Positions 49,709 through 59,083 of a stretch of 64,000 nucleotides of DNA are shown piece by piece (the first letter of the stretch is position 1; each line of letters opens with the position of its first letter). The stretch comes from Bacteroidales bacterium. Its GTDB lineage: Bacteria; Bacteroidota; Bacteroidia; Bacteroidales; UBA10428. Location: positions 2,198 through 66,197 of the forward strand of contig JAFGVA010000121.1 of NCBI GenBank assembly GCA_016938235.1. The letters run 5' to 3'. The translations under genes were made by a program, and so were the position numbers. Below the pieces are notes generated by a model. The model searched no databases, had not been told where the DNA came from, and saw nothing but the letters and a program-made list of their open reading frames with translations.

Positions 49709-49950
49709 ATGAATTTTGAGGAAGGGCTGAAAAAGTTTTACAAATTCATTGATAAGGATTTAGTATTAACCTTTGAATATTTTAAGTTGGAACAAATTGC
49801 GACAAAAACCTATTTATTGAAGGAAGGGAAAATACTTGATAAAATAGGTTTTGTTAAATCCGGAATGTTCCGTTCTTTTTTTATTGACAGCGATGCCAAC
49901 GATATAACAACACATTTTTTCCTGCCGGGAACGGTTCTGATTTCAATAGA
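49709..49950 (+). pseudogene. Crp/Fnr-family regulator, N-terminal cNMP-binding fragment
   Basis: LLKEG....KIGFVKSG.FRSFF....DIT.HFF..G. Similarity stops at ..LISID and there is no HTH. Confidence 0.7.
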
Positions 49951-50388
49951 CACTTTTTTGGAAAAACATTCACAAGTATTGTTGCCCAGGGGGTTTTTGG
50001 TGGAAACAAGATTGTTAAATGCTTCAATTTTATTGGTAAATCGCTTGGTTTTAATGTAGTTAAAGGCATAACAGCAACAAACCTTGAACCTGTTTCTGAT
50101 AAAGCAATATTGAAAAACGAGAAACAGATAAGTAAATTGGCAAAACGTTTTTCCTCACAACTTCAAAAACACACTCTGCCAAAACCATCAATCATTGACC
50201 TTATGATATTCAGAATGTCAAGAACAAGTATAAAACTTAAACTTGACGAGAATTTTAAAGATTTCAGGTTTTACAAGAAAAAGGGATGGTTTAATGCCTA
50301 TTTTTATTATGCAGTTAAGCTTTCGCCAGTCAGGAAATTTATGAGGTGCATTTTTGATTATATTGCACTGAAAGTCAATAAAGAATAA
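49948..50388 (+). pseudogene. Flavodoxin-like NAD(P)H-dependent FMN reductase, C-terminal fragment
   Basis: The frame of ORF 50110-50388 extends upstream to RHFFGKTFTSIVAQGVFGGNKIVK..GFNVVKG. The N-terminal FMN-binding part is absent. Confidence 0.65.
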
Positions 50389-50393
50389 TGCTT

Positions 50394-50996
50394 TTAAGTC
50401 ATCATTTTGTTTAATACCTGCTTCATCTCCTCATAATTTGTTGCCACCGGAAACTGAGGAAAGTCGTCGATAACATTTTGGGGCGGTTTGTATAAAAAAG
50501 CTTTATTAGCTTCTTCTAACATAGAAACATCGTTGTATGAATCTCCAAAGGCAATAACCTCATAGTTAAGACTTTTAAGAGCCTTTACCACTTGTCTTTT
50601 GGGGTCTTTCTGTCTTAGTTTGTAACCAATAATCCGGTTGTCATCATCAACTTCCAACGAATGACAGAACAGGGTAGGGTAGTCCAGCTTTCTCATAAGA
50701 GGATCAGCAAATTCAACAAAAGTATCGCTAACAATAATAAGCCTGGTGATTGATTGTAACCACTTTATAATTTCCAGTGCACCGTCCAGGGGTTTAATAG
50801 TTGAGATAACATCCTGAATATCTTTAAGCTTTAAGCCATGTTTGTCGAGTATTTTTAGGCGGTATTGCATTAATTCGTCATAGTCTTTGATGTCGCGGGT
50901 TGTGAGTTTAAGTTCATCAATACCGGTCTTCTTTGCAACATTAATCCATACCTCAGGAACCCATACTCCTTCTAAATCAGAGCAAATTACATTCAT
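50394..50996 (-). CDS. thrH: Phosphoserine phosphatase / homoserine phosphotransferase
   Basis: DLEGV..PE.WI, LTTRDI.DYDELM, I.SDTF, GDSYND..ML. Confidence 0.92.
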   Translation of the reverse strand: MNVICSDLEGVWVPEVWINVAKKTGIDELKLTTRDIKDYDELMQYRLKILDKHGLKLKDIQDVISTIKPLDGALEIIKWLQSITRLIIVSDTFVEFADPLMRKLDYPTLFCHSLEVDDDNRIIGYKLRQKDPKRQVVKALKSLNYEVIAFGDSYNDVSMLEEANKAFLYKPPQNVIDDFPQFPVATNYEEMKQVLNKMMT

Positions 50997-51020
50997 TAGT
51001 TTTCTTTTTAAAATGCACTA

Positions 51021-51041
51021 AAAAAACCTGTCAGGTTTTTT
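51021..51041. repeat. Short palindrome (REP-like or terminator-like) between thrC and thrH
   Basis: AAAAAACCTG-T-CAGGTTTTTT. Confidence 0.5.
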
Positions 51042-52409
51042 CTAAGCACCGTATTTTGATTTTAAATATATTTTAAAGTTTTCGTATCCGCTTTCGAGTT
51101 TGTCAAACTGTTCTTCTTTATCATCAAGTTTCGACAGGCTTACAGGCAATTCAGGATCAATACCGGTAGCCAGTTCCACTTCTTCAGGGAATTTTGCCGG
51201 ATGAGCAGTTTCCAGCGAAACGCATACCTGGTTTTCTGTTGGTTTTTCGCAATTCATAAATTGTCGCAGGCCTTCCCAGCCCACAGCACCGTGAGGTTCA
51301 AGAATAACTTTATGTCTGTCATAAACTCTCTTTATGGTTTCGCGGGTTATGCTGTCGTCTACGCTGGTGGCAAACATATCCTCTTTCATTTTTTCCAAAT
51401 CAGGTTTCTTTAGAATTTCGCCGTCGGCATTCATTATACCACCATATAAAGCTACAATTCTTGCCATATTACTGGGATGCCCCACATTCATGGCACTGCT
51501 TATGCAGTTTTCCGAAGGAACAATGGTTTTGTAATTTCCCGTAGCAAAATATACCGGAACTTCATCGTTGGCATTGGTAGAAACAACAAATTTTTTAACT
51601 GGCAAGCCCATTTTCATGGCTAGCAATCCGCCCATAAGATCACCAAAGTTACCCGAGGGAACAGAGAAAACAATTTCATCGCCCTTTTCGATATCACACA
51701 ACCTGGAATAAGCATAAATGTAATATACCGATTGTGGCAGGAGACGCCCAATATTTATTGAGTTAGCCGAAGAAAGGTTTAAATAATCAAGTTCCGGGTC
51801 GTTAAATGCCTGTTTTACCAGCGCCTGGCAATCGTCAAATTTTCCATCAAGCGATAAAATCTGCACATTTTCATGCAGGGTTGTCATTTGTTTCCGCTGA
51901 CGGGGAGTTACTTCGTTCTCCGGGAATAAGACAGCTATATTGATGTTGCGCAGTCCGTAAAAAGCATTGGCCATGGCACTTCCTGTATCACCCGAAGTAG
52001 CTGTGAGAATAAGCATATTCCGGTGTTCCTGTTTCAGGAAATACTGCATGAGTTGTCCCATCATTCGTGCAGCAAAATCTTTAAAAGATGCTGTTGGACC
52101 CTGGTCGAGTCTCATTACATATTTATTATCATAGACTTTTTCAAGCGGAACATCGAAATTGTAAGCTTGCTTGGTCATTCCGGCCAGTTCTGTTGAAGGA
52201 ATTGTTTCTCCCAGGAATTTCTGGAGCACAAAAAAGGCTATTTCGTGGTATTCTTTTTTGCTGAAAGAAGCTATTTCGTCTTTACTGAATCGGGGAATTT
52301 GTTCAGGCATATAAAGACCTCCGTCAGGAGCCAGACCCTTAAGTAATGCCTCAGAAAAACTTACTTTTTCAGCTTTTAAATTTGTTGAGTAATATTTAAT
52401 ATCAGACAT
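51042..52409 (-). CDS. thrC: Threonine synthase
   Basis: GLAPDGGLY, GPTASFKD, ATSGDTG, NSINIGRL, PSGNFG, TAHPAKF. Confidence 0.96.
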   Translation of the reverse strand: MSDIKYYSTNLKAEKVSFSEALLKGLAPDGGLYMPEQIPRFSKDEIASFSKKEYHEIAFFVLQKFLGETIPSTELAGMTKQAYNFDVPLEKVYDNKYVMRLDQGPTASFKDFAARMMGQLMQYFLKQEHRNMLILTATSGDTGSAMANAFYGLRNINIAVLFPENEVTPRQRKQMTTLHENVQILSLDGKFDDCQALVKQAFNDPELDYLNLSSANSINIGRLLPQSVYYIYAYSRLCDIEKGDEIVFSVPSGNFGDLMGGLLAMKMGLPVKKFVVSTNANDEVPVYFATGNYKTIVPSENCISSAMNVGHPSNMARIVALYGGIMNADGEILKKPDLEKMKEDMFATSVDDSITRETIKRVYDRHKVILEPHGAVGWEGLRQFMNCEKPTENQVCVSLETAHPAKFPEEVELATGIDPELPVSLSKLDDKEEQFDKLESGYENFKIYLKSKYGA

Positions 52410-52418
52410 TCTTTTATG

Positions 52419-53087
52419 CTATAAAGTTTTTTCAATAAATTCTAATTGTTCCTGTTTAAACTCAGCAAGTGTGCCTATTTTAAGGTCGATAAAATCGAAC
52501 CTGGTTGTTTTGTGTTGCTCTTCATCAAGAATTGCAACTACCTTCATTCGGGCAGCCTTACCGGCCAGCATGCCATTAAACGAGTCCTCAAATGCAATGG
52601 AATATAGCGGATCAATCTTTAGTTTTTTACATGCCGAAATATAAATTCCCGGATGGGGTTTTCCAAATCGCTCAAAATCTATCGAATAAATCAGATTAAA
52701 ATAATCTTTCAGATCAAACCTGTCAATTATTGTTTTTATATGAGCCATCGACGAACCTGAGGCTATTCCAACAGGTAAGCCTGTACTTTTAAGAAATTCC
52801 AGAATTTCCATCGTTCCGGGTTGCAAGTTAGCCTCAGTTTTCAATAAATCCAAAACCATCTGGTTCAGTTCCTGGGTTAATAATGCAGCTGATTTCTTCG
52901 TGTTTTTTGTTTTATTCAACCAGAATTCAACAGATTCGAAAGATGTTAATCCAATGGTTTGTTTTGTATCCTCATCTGTTAGCTCAATGCCAACGGTTTT
53001 CATTATTTCTTGTTCAGATCTTTGCCACAATGGTTCTGAATCAACCAGTGTGCCATCAAAATCAAAAACTATCCCCTGCGTTTTCAT
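52419..53087 (-). CDS. HAD-superfamily phosphatase (HxpB/YniC-like)
   Basis: FDFDGTLVDSEPLW, KPHP.IY, FEDS.NG. Confidence 0.88.
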   Translation of the reverse strand: MKTQGIVFDFDGTLVDSEPLWQRSEQEIMKTVGIELTDEDTKQTIGLTSFESVEFWLNKTKNTKKSAALLTQELNQMVLDLLKTEANLQPGTMEILEFLKSTGLPVGIASGSSMAHIKTIIDRFDLKDYFNLIYSIDFERFGKPHPGIYISACKKLKIDPLYSIAFEDSFNGMLAGKAARMKVVAILDEEQHKTTRFDFIDLKIGTLAEFKQEQLEFIEKTL

Positions 53088-53119
53088 ACTTAACTTGATG
53101 TATGGTTATTTTATGATTG

Positions 53120-55549
53120 TCAAACATTTGCAATTCTTATAATATCTGCAAAAACTCCTGCTGCAGTGACATCTGCCCCGGCTCCATAACCGCGAATAAC
53201 CATTGGAGCATCGTTGTATCGCTGAGTGGTTAAAAGCAGAATGTTATTACTTCCTTCAAGCGGATAAGCCGGATGCAGCATATCAACAGCCTGTAATCCA
53301 ACTTTAGCCATTCCGCAATCGAGACTGGCAATAAAGCGCCATTTCAGACCTTTTTGTTCCAACTCCTGTCTTTTCTCTTCAAATTTGCTGTCGTACTTTG
53401 CCACTTTGGTCCAGAAATCATCCAGTGTTCCTTCAAAACATTCAGCCGGGAGGAACGATTCTATTTCAACATCGCTTTGTTCAAGCGGATATCCGGCTTC
53501 CCTGGCCAGTATGATCAGCTTGCGAACAACATCAATGCCGCTCAGGTCAATTCTTGGGTCAGGTTCGCTGTATCCTTTATCCTTTGCCATCTTTATAGCC
53601 TGGCTCAGCGTAACATCTTTGCTTAAAGCGTTAAAAAGGAAATTTAAAGTTCCTGATAATACAGCTTCAAGTTTCAGAATTTTGTCACCGCTTCGGCTTA
53701 AATCGTTTATAGTATTAATGATAGGCAATCCTGCACCAACATTAGTTTCATACATAAACTTTATATTGTTTTTCAGTGCGGTGCGCTTTAATTCTTTGTA
53801 TAAACCGAATTCCGAAGAACAGGCTACCTTATTTGCGGTTACAATTGAAACATAGGAATCAAGCACCTTTTTATACAACTGCGCAACATTATCATCTGCG
53901 GTGCAATCAACAAAAACACTATTCCGTAAATTCAGTTCAGAAATAGTGTTGATGTATTCATCGAGATTCGTTGGATTTCCCTTAGCAATTTCTTCAATAT
54001 AATTATCGAGGTTTATACCTTCTGGATTTATTACCATTCTTGATGTACGTGCAATACCTACAACATTCACTTTTACCAGGTGTTCCTCAAGCAGATGCTG
54101 ATGTTGTTGTTTGATTTGATTAATAAGGCTGCCACCCACAGTACCAACACCTACCAGGAACAAATGCAGATCTTTATAATGACTAAGAAAGAAGCCTTCG
54201 TGTATAACATTGAGTGCTTTTTTAAGGCTGTGTTTGCTTATAACCACCGAAATATTTAATTCTGAAGAGCCTTGAGCCGTTGCTATTGCACTGATTCCAT
54301 TTCGTCCTAATGCTTTAAATAAGGTTGCCGAAATACCGGGCGTGTTTTTCATTTGTTCGCCAACGATGGCAATAACTGAAAGATCCTTTTCAACAAGAAT
54401 ATTTATATTCTCACGCTTGTGAACTTCTGTTTCAAAAGCTTTTTCAATGGCTCTGACAGCCTTTTCTGTATCAACGGGAGAAATAGCAAAAGTTATAGAA
54501 TATTCTGATGAGGCCTGCGTGATAAGAATAATATTCACTTCGGCATTAGCCATGGCTCCGAACAGTCGCGAGGAAATGCCTTTTACTCCAACCATTCCCG
54601 GGCCCTGCAATGTGATTAGGTCAATATCATCAATTGATGAAACGCCCTTAATGGGCGACCCCGAATTTTCAGTAGCAATGCCTTCAGAAATAACGGTTCC
54701 TTTCGATTCGGGAGAAAAAGTATTTTTTATAATAACCGGAATTTTTTTCTGATATACAGGTTGAATTGTTGGTGTATATATAACTTTTGCGCCAAAATGT
54801 GATAATTCCATAGCCTCGGCATAGGTTAAACTTTCAATAGCAAAAGCTTTTTTAACTTTCCGTGGATCGGCAGTCATAAAACCATCAACATCGGTCCAGA
54901 TTTCAAGTTCTGCGGCATTGAGCGCAGCAGCAAAAATTGCTGCAGAATAATCAGATCCTCCGCGACCTAATATTGTTGTAGCTCCTGATGTGTCGCTGCC
55001 AATGAAGCCTGGAACAAGAAAAAGTTTTTTCTTTCCTTTAGTTGCAGCAACTATATTTGCATTGGTGGTTTCAAAATCAACTTTGGCATTCGAATAATTA
55101 CTGTCTGTAGCAATAACTTTCCTGGCATCTATTAATTCAGCATTATCCAATACTTTTTCGATAACCGTTGCCGACAAAAGCTCTCCAAAACTCAGGATCC
55201 GGGCATAAATTTTTGGTGTCAGGTCATTGAGCAGGAATACTCCTTCTAAAATATTATTAAGTTCAGAACAAAGCTCTTCTACCTTTTTTAGTACTGTTGA
55301 TTTTTCGGAGGTTGTAATAAGTGTCTCAACAGTTTCGGTATAGCGGGTTTTAATCTCTTTTGTAATTGTTTTAAAAGTTTCGTTTGTTTTTGACGCAAGC
55401 GATGCAGCTTCTTCGAGTTGGTTTGTTACACCGTGAAAAGCTGATACAATTACTACCAGGGGTAATCTTTGCCTCTCTACTATTTCTTTCACCCGTATTA
55501 TATTTTCGGGCGAGCCTACTGATGAACCTCCGAATTTCAGTACTTTCAT
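53120..55549 (-). CDS. thrA: Bifunctional aspartate kinase / homoserine dehydrogenase I
   Basis: KFGGSSV, LGRGGSDYSA, two ACT domains, GVGTVG, YETNVGAGLP, GYGAGADVTA. Confidence 0.96.
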   Translation of the reverse strand: MKVLKFGGSSVGSPENIIRVKEIVERQRLPLVVIVSAFHGVTNQLEEAASLASKTNETFKTITKEIKTRYTETVETLITTSEKSTVLKKVEELCSELNNILEGVFLLNDLTPKIYARILSFGELLSATVIEKVLDNAELIDARKVIATDSNYSNAKVDFETTNANIVAATKGKKKLFLVPGFIGSDTSGATTILGRGGSDYSAAIFAAALNAAELEIWTDVDGFMTADPRKVKKAFAIESLTYAEAMELSHFGAKVIYTPTIQPVYQKKIPVIIKNTFSPESKGTVISEGIATENSGSPIKGVSSIDDIDLITLQGPGMVGVKGISSRLFGAMANAEVNIILITQASSEYSITFAISPVDTEKAVRAIEKAFETEVHKRENINILVEKDLSVIAIVGEQMKNTPGISATLFKALGRNGISAIATAQGSSELNISVVISKHSLKKALNVIHEGFFLSHYKDLHLFLVGVGTVGGSLINQIKQQHQHLLEEHLVKVNVVGIARTSRMVINPEGINLDNYIEEIAKGNPTNLDEYINTISELNLRNSVFVDCTADDNVAQLYKKVLDSYVSIVTANKVACSSEFGLYKELKRTALKNNIKFMYETNVGAGLPIINTINDLSRSGDKILKLEAVLSGTLNFLFNALSKDVTLSQAIKMAKDKGYSEPDPRIDLSGIDVVRKLIILAREAGYPLEQSDVEIESFLPAECFEGTLDDFWTKVAKYDSKFEEKRQELEQKGLKWRFIASLDCGMAKVGLQAVDMLHPAYPLEGSNNILLLTTQRYNDAPMVIRGYGAGADVTAAGVFADIIRIANV

Positions 55550-55644
55550 GTTAAATAAATTGTTAAATTTTTATTGATTTTTATCAGTTATCGCACGAAT
55601 CTGCGAAAATAAGCATTCTTGATTAAAAGCATATGACTAAAAAC

Positions 55645-55672
55645 AAAAAATGGGAACCAAAGTCCCCATTTT
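55645..55672 (-). terminator. Intrinsic terminator after fabD
   Basis: Minus strand reads AAAATGGGGAC-TTTG-GTTCCCATTTTTT. Confidence 0.7.
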
Positions 55673-55693
55673 CAAAGTGTATTATTTTCTTTG

Positions 55694-56569
55694 TTATGCA
55701 CTCTCTGTAGGGATGCTTCTGTCTACTTTCTTTATTAATCCTTGTAAAACTTTACCCGGACCAACTTCTGTAAAGCTCGTTGCACCGTCGGCAAGCATGT
55801 TTATAACCGTCTGCGTCCATTTTACGGGTGCCGTAAGTTGCGTTTTCAGGTTTTCTTTTATTTCCTCGGGCTCAGTAACTGCTGTAGCAGTTACATTCTG
55901 ATAAACAGGGCAAACAGGTGTGCTAAATTCTGTATTATCAATTGCTGCAGCAAGTTCAACCTTAGCCGGATCCATAAGTGGGGAGTGGAAAGCCCCACCT
56001 ACAGGAAGTTTAAGTGCGCGTTTTGCGCCTAATGCTGTTAATTTCTCAATTGCCTTATCGATACCGGGAACAGTTCCTGATATTACTATCTGGCCGGGGC
56101 TGTTGTAGTTTGCTGGTATTACAACCTCATCTATTTCAGAACAAGCCTTCTCAACAACCTCATCCTCAAGGCCAAGAATTGCTGCCATTGTTGAGGGTGC
56201 AATTTCGCATGCTTTTTGCATGGCCTGAGCTCTGGCAGATACAAGTTTTAAACCATCTTCGAAAGCCATTGCTCCGGCTGCAACAAGTGCCGAAAACTCA
56301 CCTAAGGAGTGACCTGCCACCATTTCAGGTTTGAAATCTTCACCGAGTGTTTTTGCTAGAATTACAGAGTGTAAAAATATGGCTGGCTGAGTAACCTTGG
56401 TTTGTTTCAGGTCTTCGTCAGTACCAGAAAACATAAGGTCTGTTATGTTGAAGCCTAATATATCGTTTGCTTTGTCAAACAGTTCTTTTGCTACTGCAGA
56501 ATTTTTGTATAAATCTTTGCCCATACCTACAAATTGGGCACCCTGTCCGGGGAAAACATATGCTTTCAT
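55694..56569 (-). CDS. fabD: Malonyl-CoA:ACP transacylase
   Basis: FPGQGAQ, TQPA, GHSLGE, GAFHS, EVGPGKVL. Confidence 0.96.
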   Translation of the reverse strand: MKAYVFPGQGAQFVGMGKDLYKNSAVAKELFDKANDILGFNITDLMFSGTDEDLKQTKVTQPAIFLHSVILAKTLGEDFKPEMVAGHSLGEFSALVAAGAMAFEDGLKLVSARAQAMQKACEIAPSTMAAILGLEDEVVEKACSEIDEVVIPANYNSPGQIVISGTVPGIDKAIEKLTALGAKRALKLPVGGAFHSPLMDPAKVELAAAIDNTEFSTPVCPVYQNVTATAVTEPEEIKENLKTQLTAPVKWTQTVINMLADGATSFTEVGPGKVLQGLIKKVDRSIPTESA

Positions 56570-56694
56570 AAAATTATTACCATTTGTTTAAAGAAGCTGC
56601 AAAGGTAAAAAAATCTGCCAAGTTGCAATGCAGGCAAAAAAGTTATCCCAATTCTTCGCATCCAGGATCAGTTATCAGATAATCAGAATCAGGT

Positions 56695-57084
56695 TTATAT
56701 AGAGCCATATAGCCATTTCTCTGCTTCTTCAAGCCTGGCAAAAACCTTGTTTTGCTTTTTTTCTATCCGGTCAGCTAAGATCTTTACAGCCATGTATCCA
56801 AATGACTTTGCAGGCAGAAGAAAGGCAACTTTTTCAATTTCAGAGTCCTGAAGTTTTGGAAAAACATTCTCTGTTACCCAGAAAAGATCCTCATGTTTTA
56901 CCACACTTATTTTTGATGTATCGAAAAAAATATGTTTAATTTTTTTTGTTAAACAGAACTCAACCAAAGCTTTTGCGAATTCTTTAATCTTTAGTGATTC
57001 CATATAACCTTCAATTGCCAGGTATAGTGACATTTTCTTCTCGATATGAATAATACAGGAGTTTTCAGAATTATATACCAACAT
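56695..57084 (-). CDS. SpoIIAA/STAS-SEC14-like small protein
   Basis: Pattern D.S.....D..W....FP......K.AF..P...G......F...EEA..WL. The ATG at 57084 avoids overlap with the upstream gene. Confidence 0.6.
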   Translation of the reverse strand: MLVYNSENSCIIHIEKKMSLYLAIEGYMESLKIKEFAKALVEFCLTKKIKHIFFDTSKISVVKHEDLFWVTENVFPKLQDSEIEKVAFLLPAKSFGYMAVKILADRIEKKQNKVFARLEEAEKWLYGSI

Positions 57085-57095
57085 ATCACATTTTT

Positions 57096-57500
57096 TTAGG
57101 CAGAAATTGTATGCAGATTTGAGAAAAGCCATAATTCCGCATTTTCTGGATCATCAAAGGCTTTAGTATTAATGCAGCTCGAAAGTTTTATCATAATTTT
57201 TAATGAAATCTTTCCAATACTGTTTCTGGGGTTTATAAATGCTATTTTATCAATATGGTATTGCTTTATGTTCGGAGATATTTTCTCAGTTATCCACATA
57301 ATATCATTTAGTTTTACATTTGTTACATTTGCGGTGTTTACCAGTAATTTGTTTACTTGTTTTATTTCGAGGTATGTCAATAATTCCAAAGAAATACTCT
57401 TTAATAATTCCGAATCGGGATTGTGATTAAAGCCGAGGCATAAATATTTGTTTTCTTCGTTGTAGAATAGGTTGGAATTGTATTTTGAATCAAGTTTCAT
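57096..57500 (-). CDS. SpoIIAA/STAS-SEC14-like small protein (paralog of downstream gene)
   Basis: LLVNT.....D..WI....P.......KIAFI.P...G.......F...ENA..WL. Confidence 0.6.
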   Translation of the reverse strand: MKLDSKYNSNLFYNEENKYLCLGFNHNPDSELLKSISLELLTYLEIKQVNKLLVNTANVTNVKLNDIMWITEKISPNIKQYHIDKIAFINPRNSIGKISLKIMIKLSSCINTKAFDDPENAELWLFSNLHTISA

Positions 57501-57887
57501 ATAAAAAAATTATTCTTTGTGCCGGTCTTTAATCTGTTTTTTTGCAGGAGGTTAAATAATTTTTCTCAAGTAACCCTAAGAGTATTTTGTTTCAGAAGGC
57601 TTTTCTTATTGGGGCAATAGAACACAAATCTGCTTTTCTCAGGTGAGAATGCTGATAGGATATAAAATATAATTGATACACTATTAAAAACTACTTTATT
57701 CGGCAGTTCAGAATAGGTTTCAAAAGAGAATTTTTCAGGCATCAGATGCAAATAATTGAAGATTAATCAATTATACCCATGCCGGTTGTTTGTAGTTGTT
57801 CGCCTTGCGATGCGTAGTATATTAAATTCTATACGATAAAAAGGAGAAAAGGTTTATGGGATTATGTTAAAATATAGATATATAAAT

Positions 57888-57909
57888 AAAAAAGCCGGGA
57901 ATCCCCGGC
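57888..57909 (-). terminator. Intrinsic terminator after hsp20 pair
   Basis: Minus strand reads GCCGGGGATTCCCGGCTTTTTT. Confidence 0.75.
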
Positions 57910-57936
57910 CATGAACTAACTCTAACTCTATTCAGT

Positions 57937-58341
57937 TTATACTATTTTTATTTGCATTTTTTCCTTTTTCGGAAGGATGATTGTCAGAACCCCATTTTCG
58001 TGTTTCGCTTCAATTTTTTCAATTTCAACACTCTTTGCCAGCTCAAAGGATCTTTGCAATTTGCTGTTATAAAATTCCCGGCTCAGGTATTTAGAGTCTT
58101 TTTTTGCATCGTCTTTATGCTCAGCGGTTATTTTTAATATGTTTTCATCAACAGATATGTGAATTTCATCCCTGGTAAACCCCGGCGCTGCAATTTCCAG
58201 TTTAACAGCCTCTTCAGTGCTGAAGATGTTAGTAGCTGGTCTTTGGGTATAAGCTTTTACATCGTTTGCAGTTCCGGCTGTTTCGTCGTATTGCCTGTTC
58301 AAAACTGAAGGTGTGCCGTGATATTTTAATATATGTCTCAT
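57937..58341 (-). CDS. Hsp20/alpha-crystallin small heat shock protein
   Basis: PATNI, EIAAPG, REF....RSF.L, A.HENGVL.I.LPK. Confidence 0.9.
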   Translation of the reverse strand: MRHILKYHGTPSVLNRQYDETAGTANDVKAYTQRPATNIFSTEEAVKLEIAAPGFTRDEIHISVDENILKITAEHKDDAKKDSKYLSREFYNSKLQRSFELAKSVEIEKIEAKHENGVLTIILPKKEKMQIKIV

Positions 58342-58375
58342 AATGTTTATTTTGTTTAATTTGTTAATAGTATAA

Positions 58376-58831
58376 TTAGTTGATTTTTATTTCTTTAACA
58401 ACTTTTGGTTTTGCATCTCTTTTTGGGAGTGATACATATAAGATTCCATCCTTGTGTTCTGCCTTAATTTTATCGGCATTTACATCTTCGGGAAGAGAAA
58501 AAGAACGCTCAAAGCCTTCGTAATCGAATTCGTAACGTAGGTGATTTACTGCTTCTTCTTTTTTAGCTTCTTTCCTGCTGGAAATAGTTAATACATCACC
58601 GTCAAGTTTAATTTCAAAATCTTTTTTACCTAAACCGGGAGCCGCAACTTCAATTGTATATTCTTTTTCATCTTCAAGAATATTAACTTTTGGTGCGCTG
58701 ACACAATTGTGTGAAGCATAATTCCAGTTACTTGTATTAAAAAAGTTGTCATTGAGTAAATCATTGAAAAAATTGTTTACTCCGTTGTTTCTGTAGTTAA
58801 ATACTGTTGGTAACATAATTTTGTCCTCCAT
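58376..58831 (-). CDS. Hsp20/alpha-crystallin small heat shock protein
   Basis: PKVNILE, EVAAPG, FERSFSLP, AEHKDGILYVSLPK. Confidence 0.92.
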   Translation of the reverse strand: MEDKIMLPTVFNYRNNGVNNFFNDLLNDNFFNTSNWNYASHNCVSAPKVNILEDEKEYTIEVAAPGLGKKDFEIKLDGDVLTISSRKEAKKEEAVNHLRYEFDYEGFERSFSLPEDVNADKIKAEHKDGILYVSLPKRDAKPKVVKEIKIN

Positions 58832-58875
58832 ATTAAGTTTTTAATTATTTTCTTTTGTTTCTTGACAGACATATT

Positions 58876-58978
58876 TCAATTAAAATGCCAAGGCAATAAA
58901 ACAGACAAAAAGACATAAGCCTTAATTTAAAAGCAGACAAAATGACATATTGTTGATTTTGCATTATGTCGAATTGTC
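58876..58978 (-). promoter_or_regulatory. Sigma54-like promoter plus three GACA-N4-GACA boxes upstream of hsp20
   Basis: Minus-strand TGGCA-TTTTAA-TTGA at 58876-58890. Boxes at 58904-58915, 58936-58947 and (inverted) 58967-58978. Confidence 0.6.
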
Positions 58979-59083
58979 TTTTATGAAGAACATAAAATTC
59001 ATTATTTATAAGAGTGACTTTCAGGCTGAGGTTTTAACTGGAGAAATTCTTAGTATATTTGTCGAAACCACAAAATAGATTCT

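Noticed and set aside
55550-55644. thr leader-peptide attenuator
   Set aside because: There is no Thr/Ile-rich mini-ORF, and the nearby hairpin is explained as the fabD terminator.
56667-56692. Four ATCAG units after the STAS-like gene
   Set aside because: Irregular spacing and too short to call a repeat array.
57566-57751. 61-aa minus-strand ORF
   Set aside because: TTG start, no motif and intergenic-like composition.
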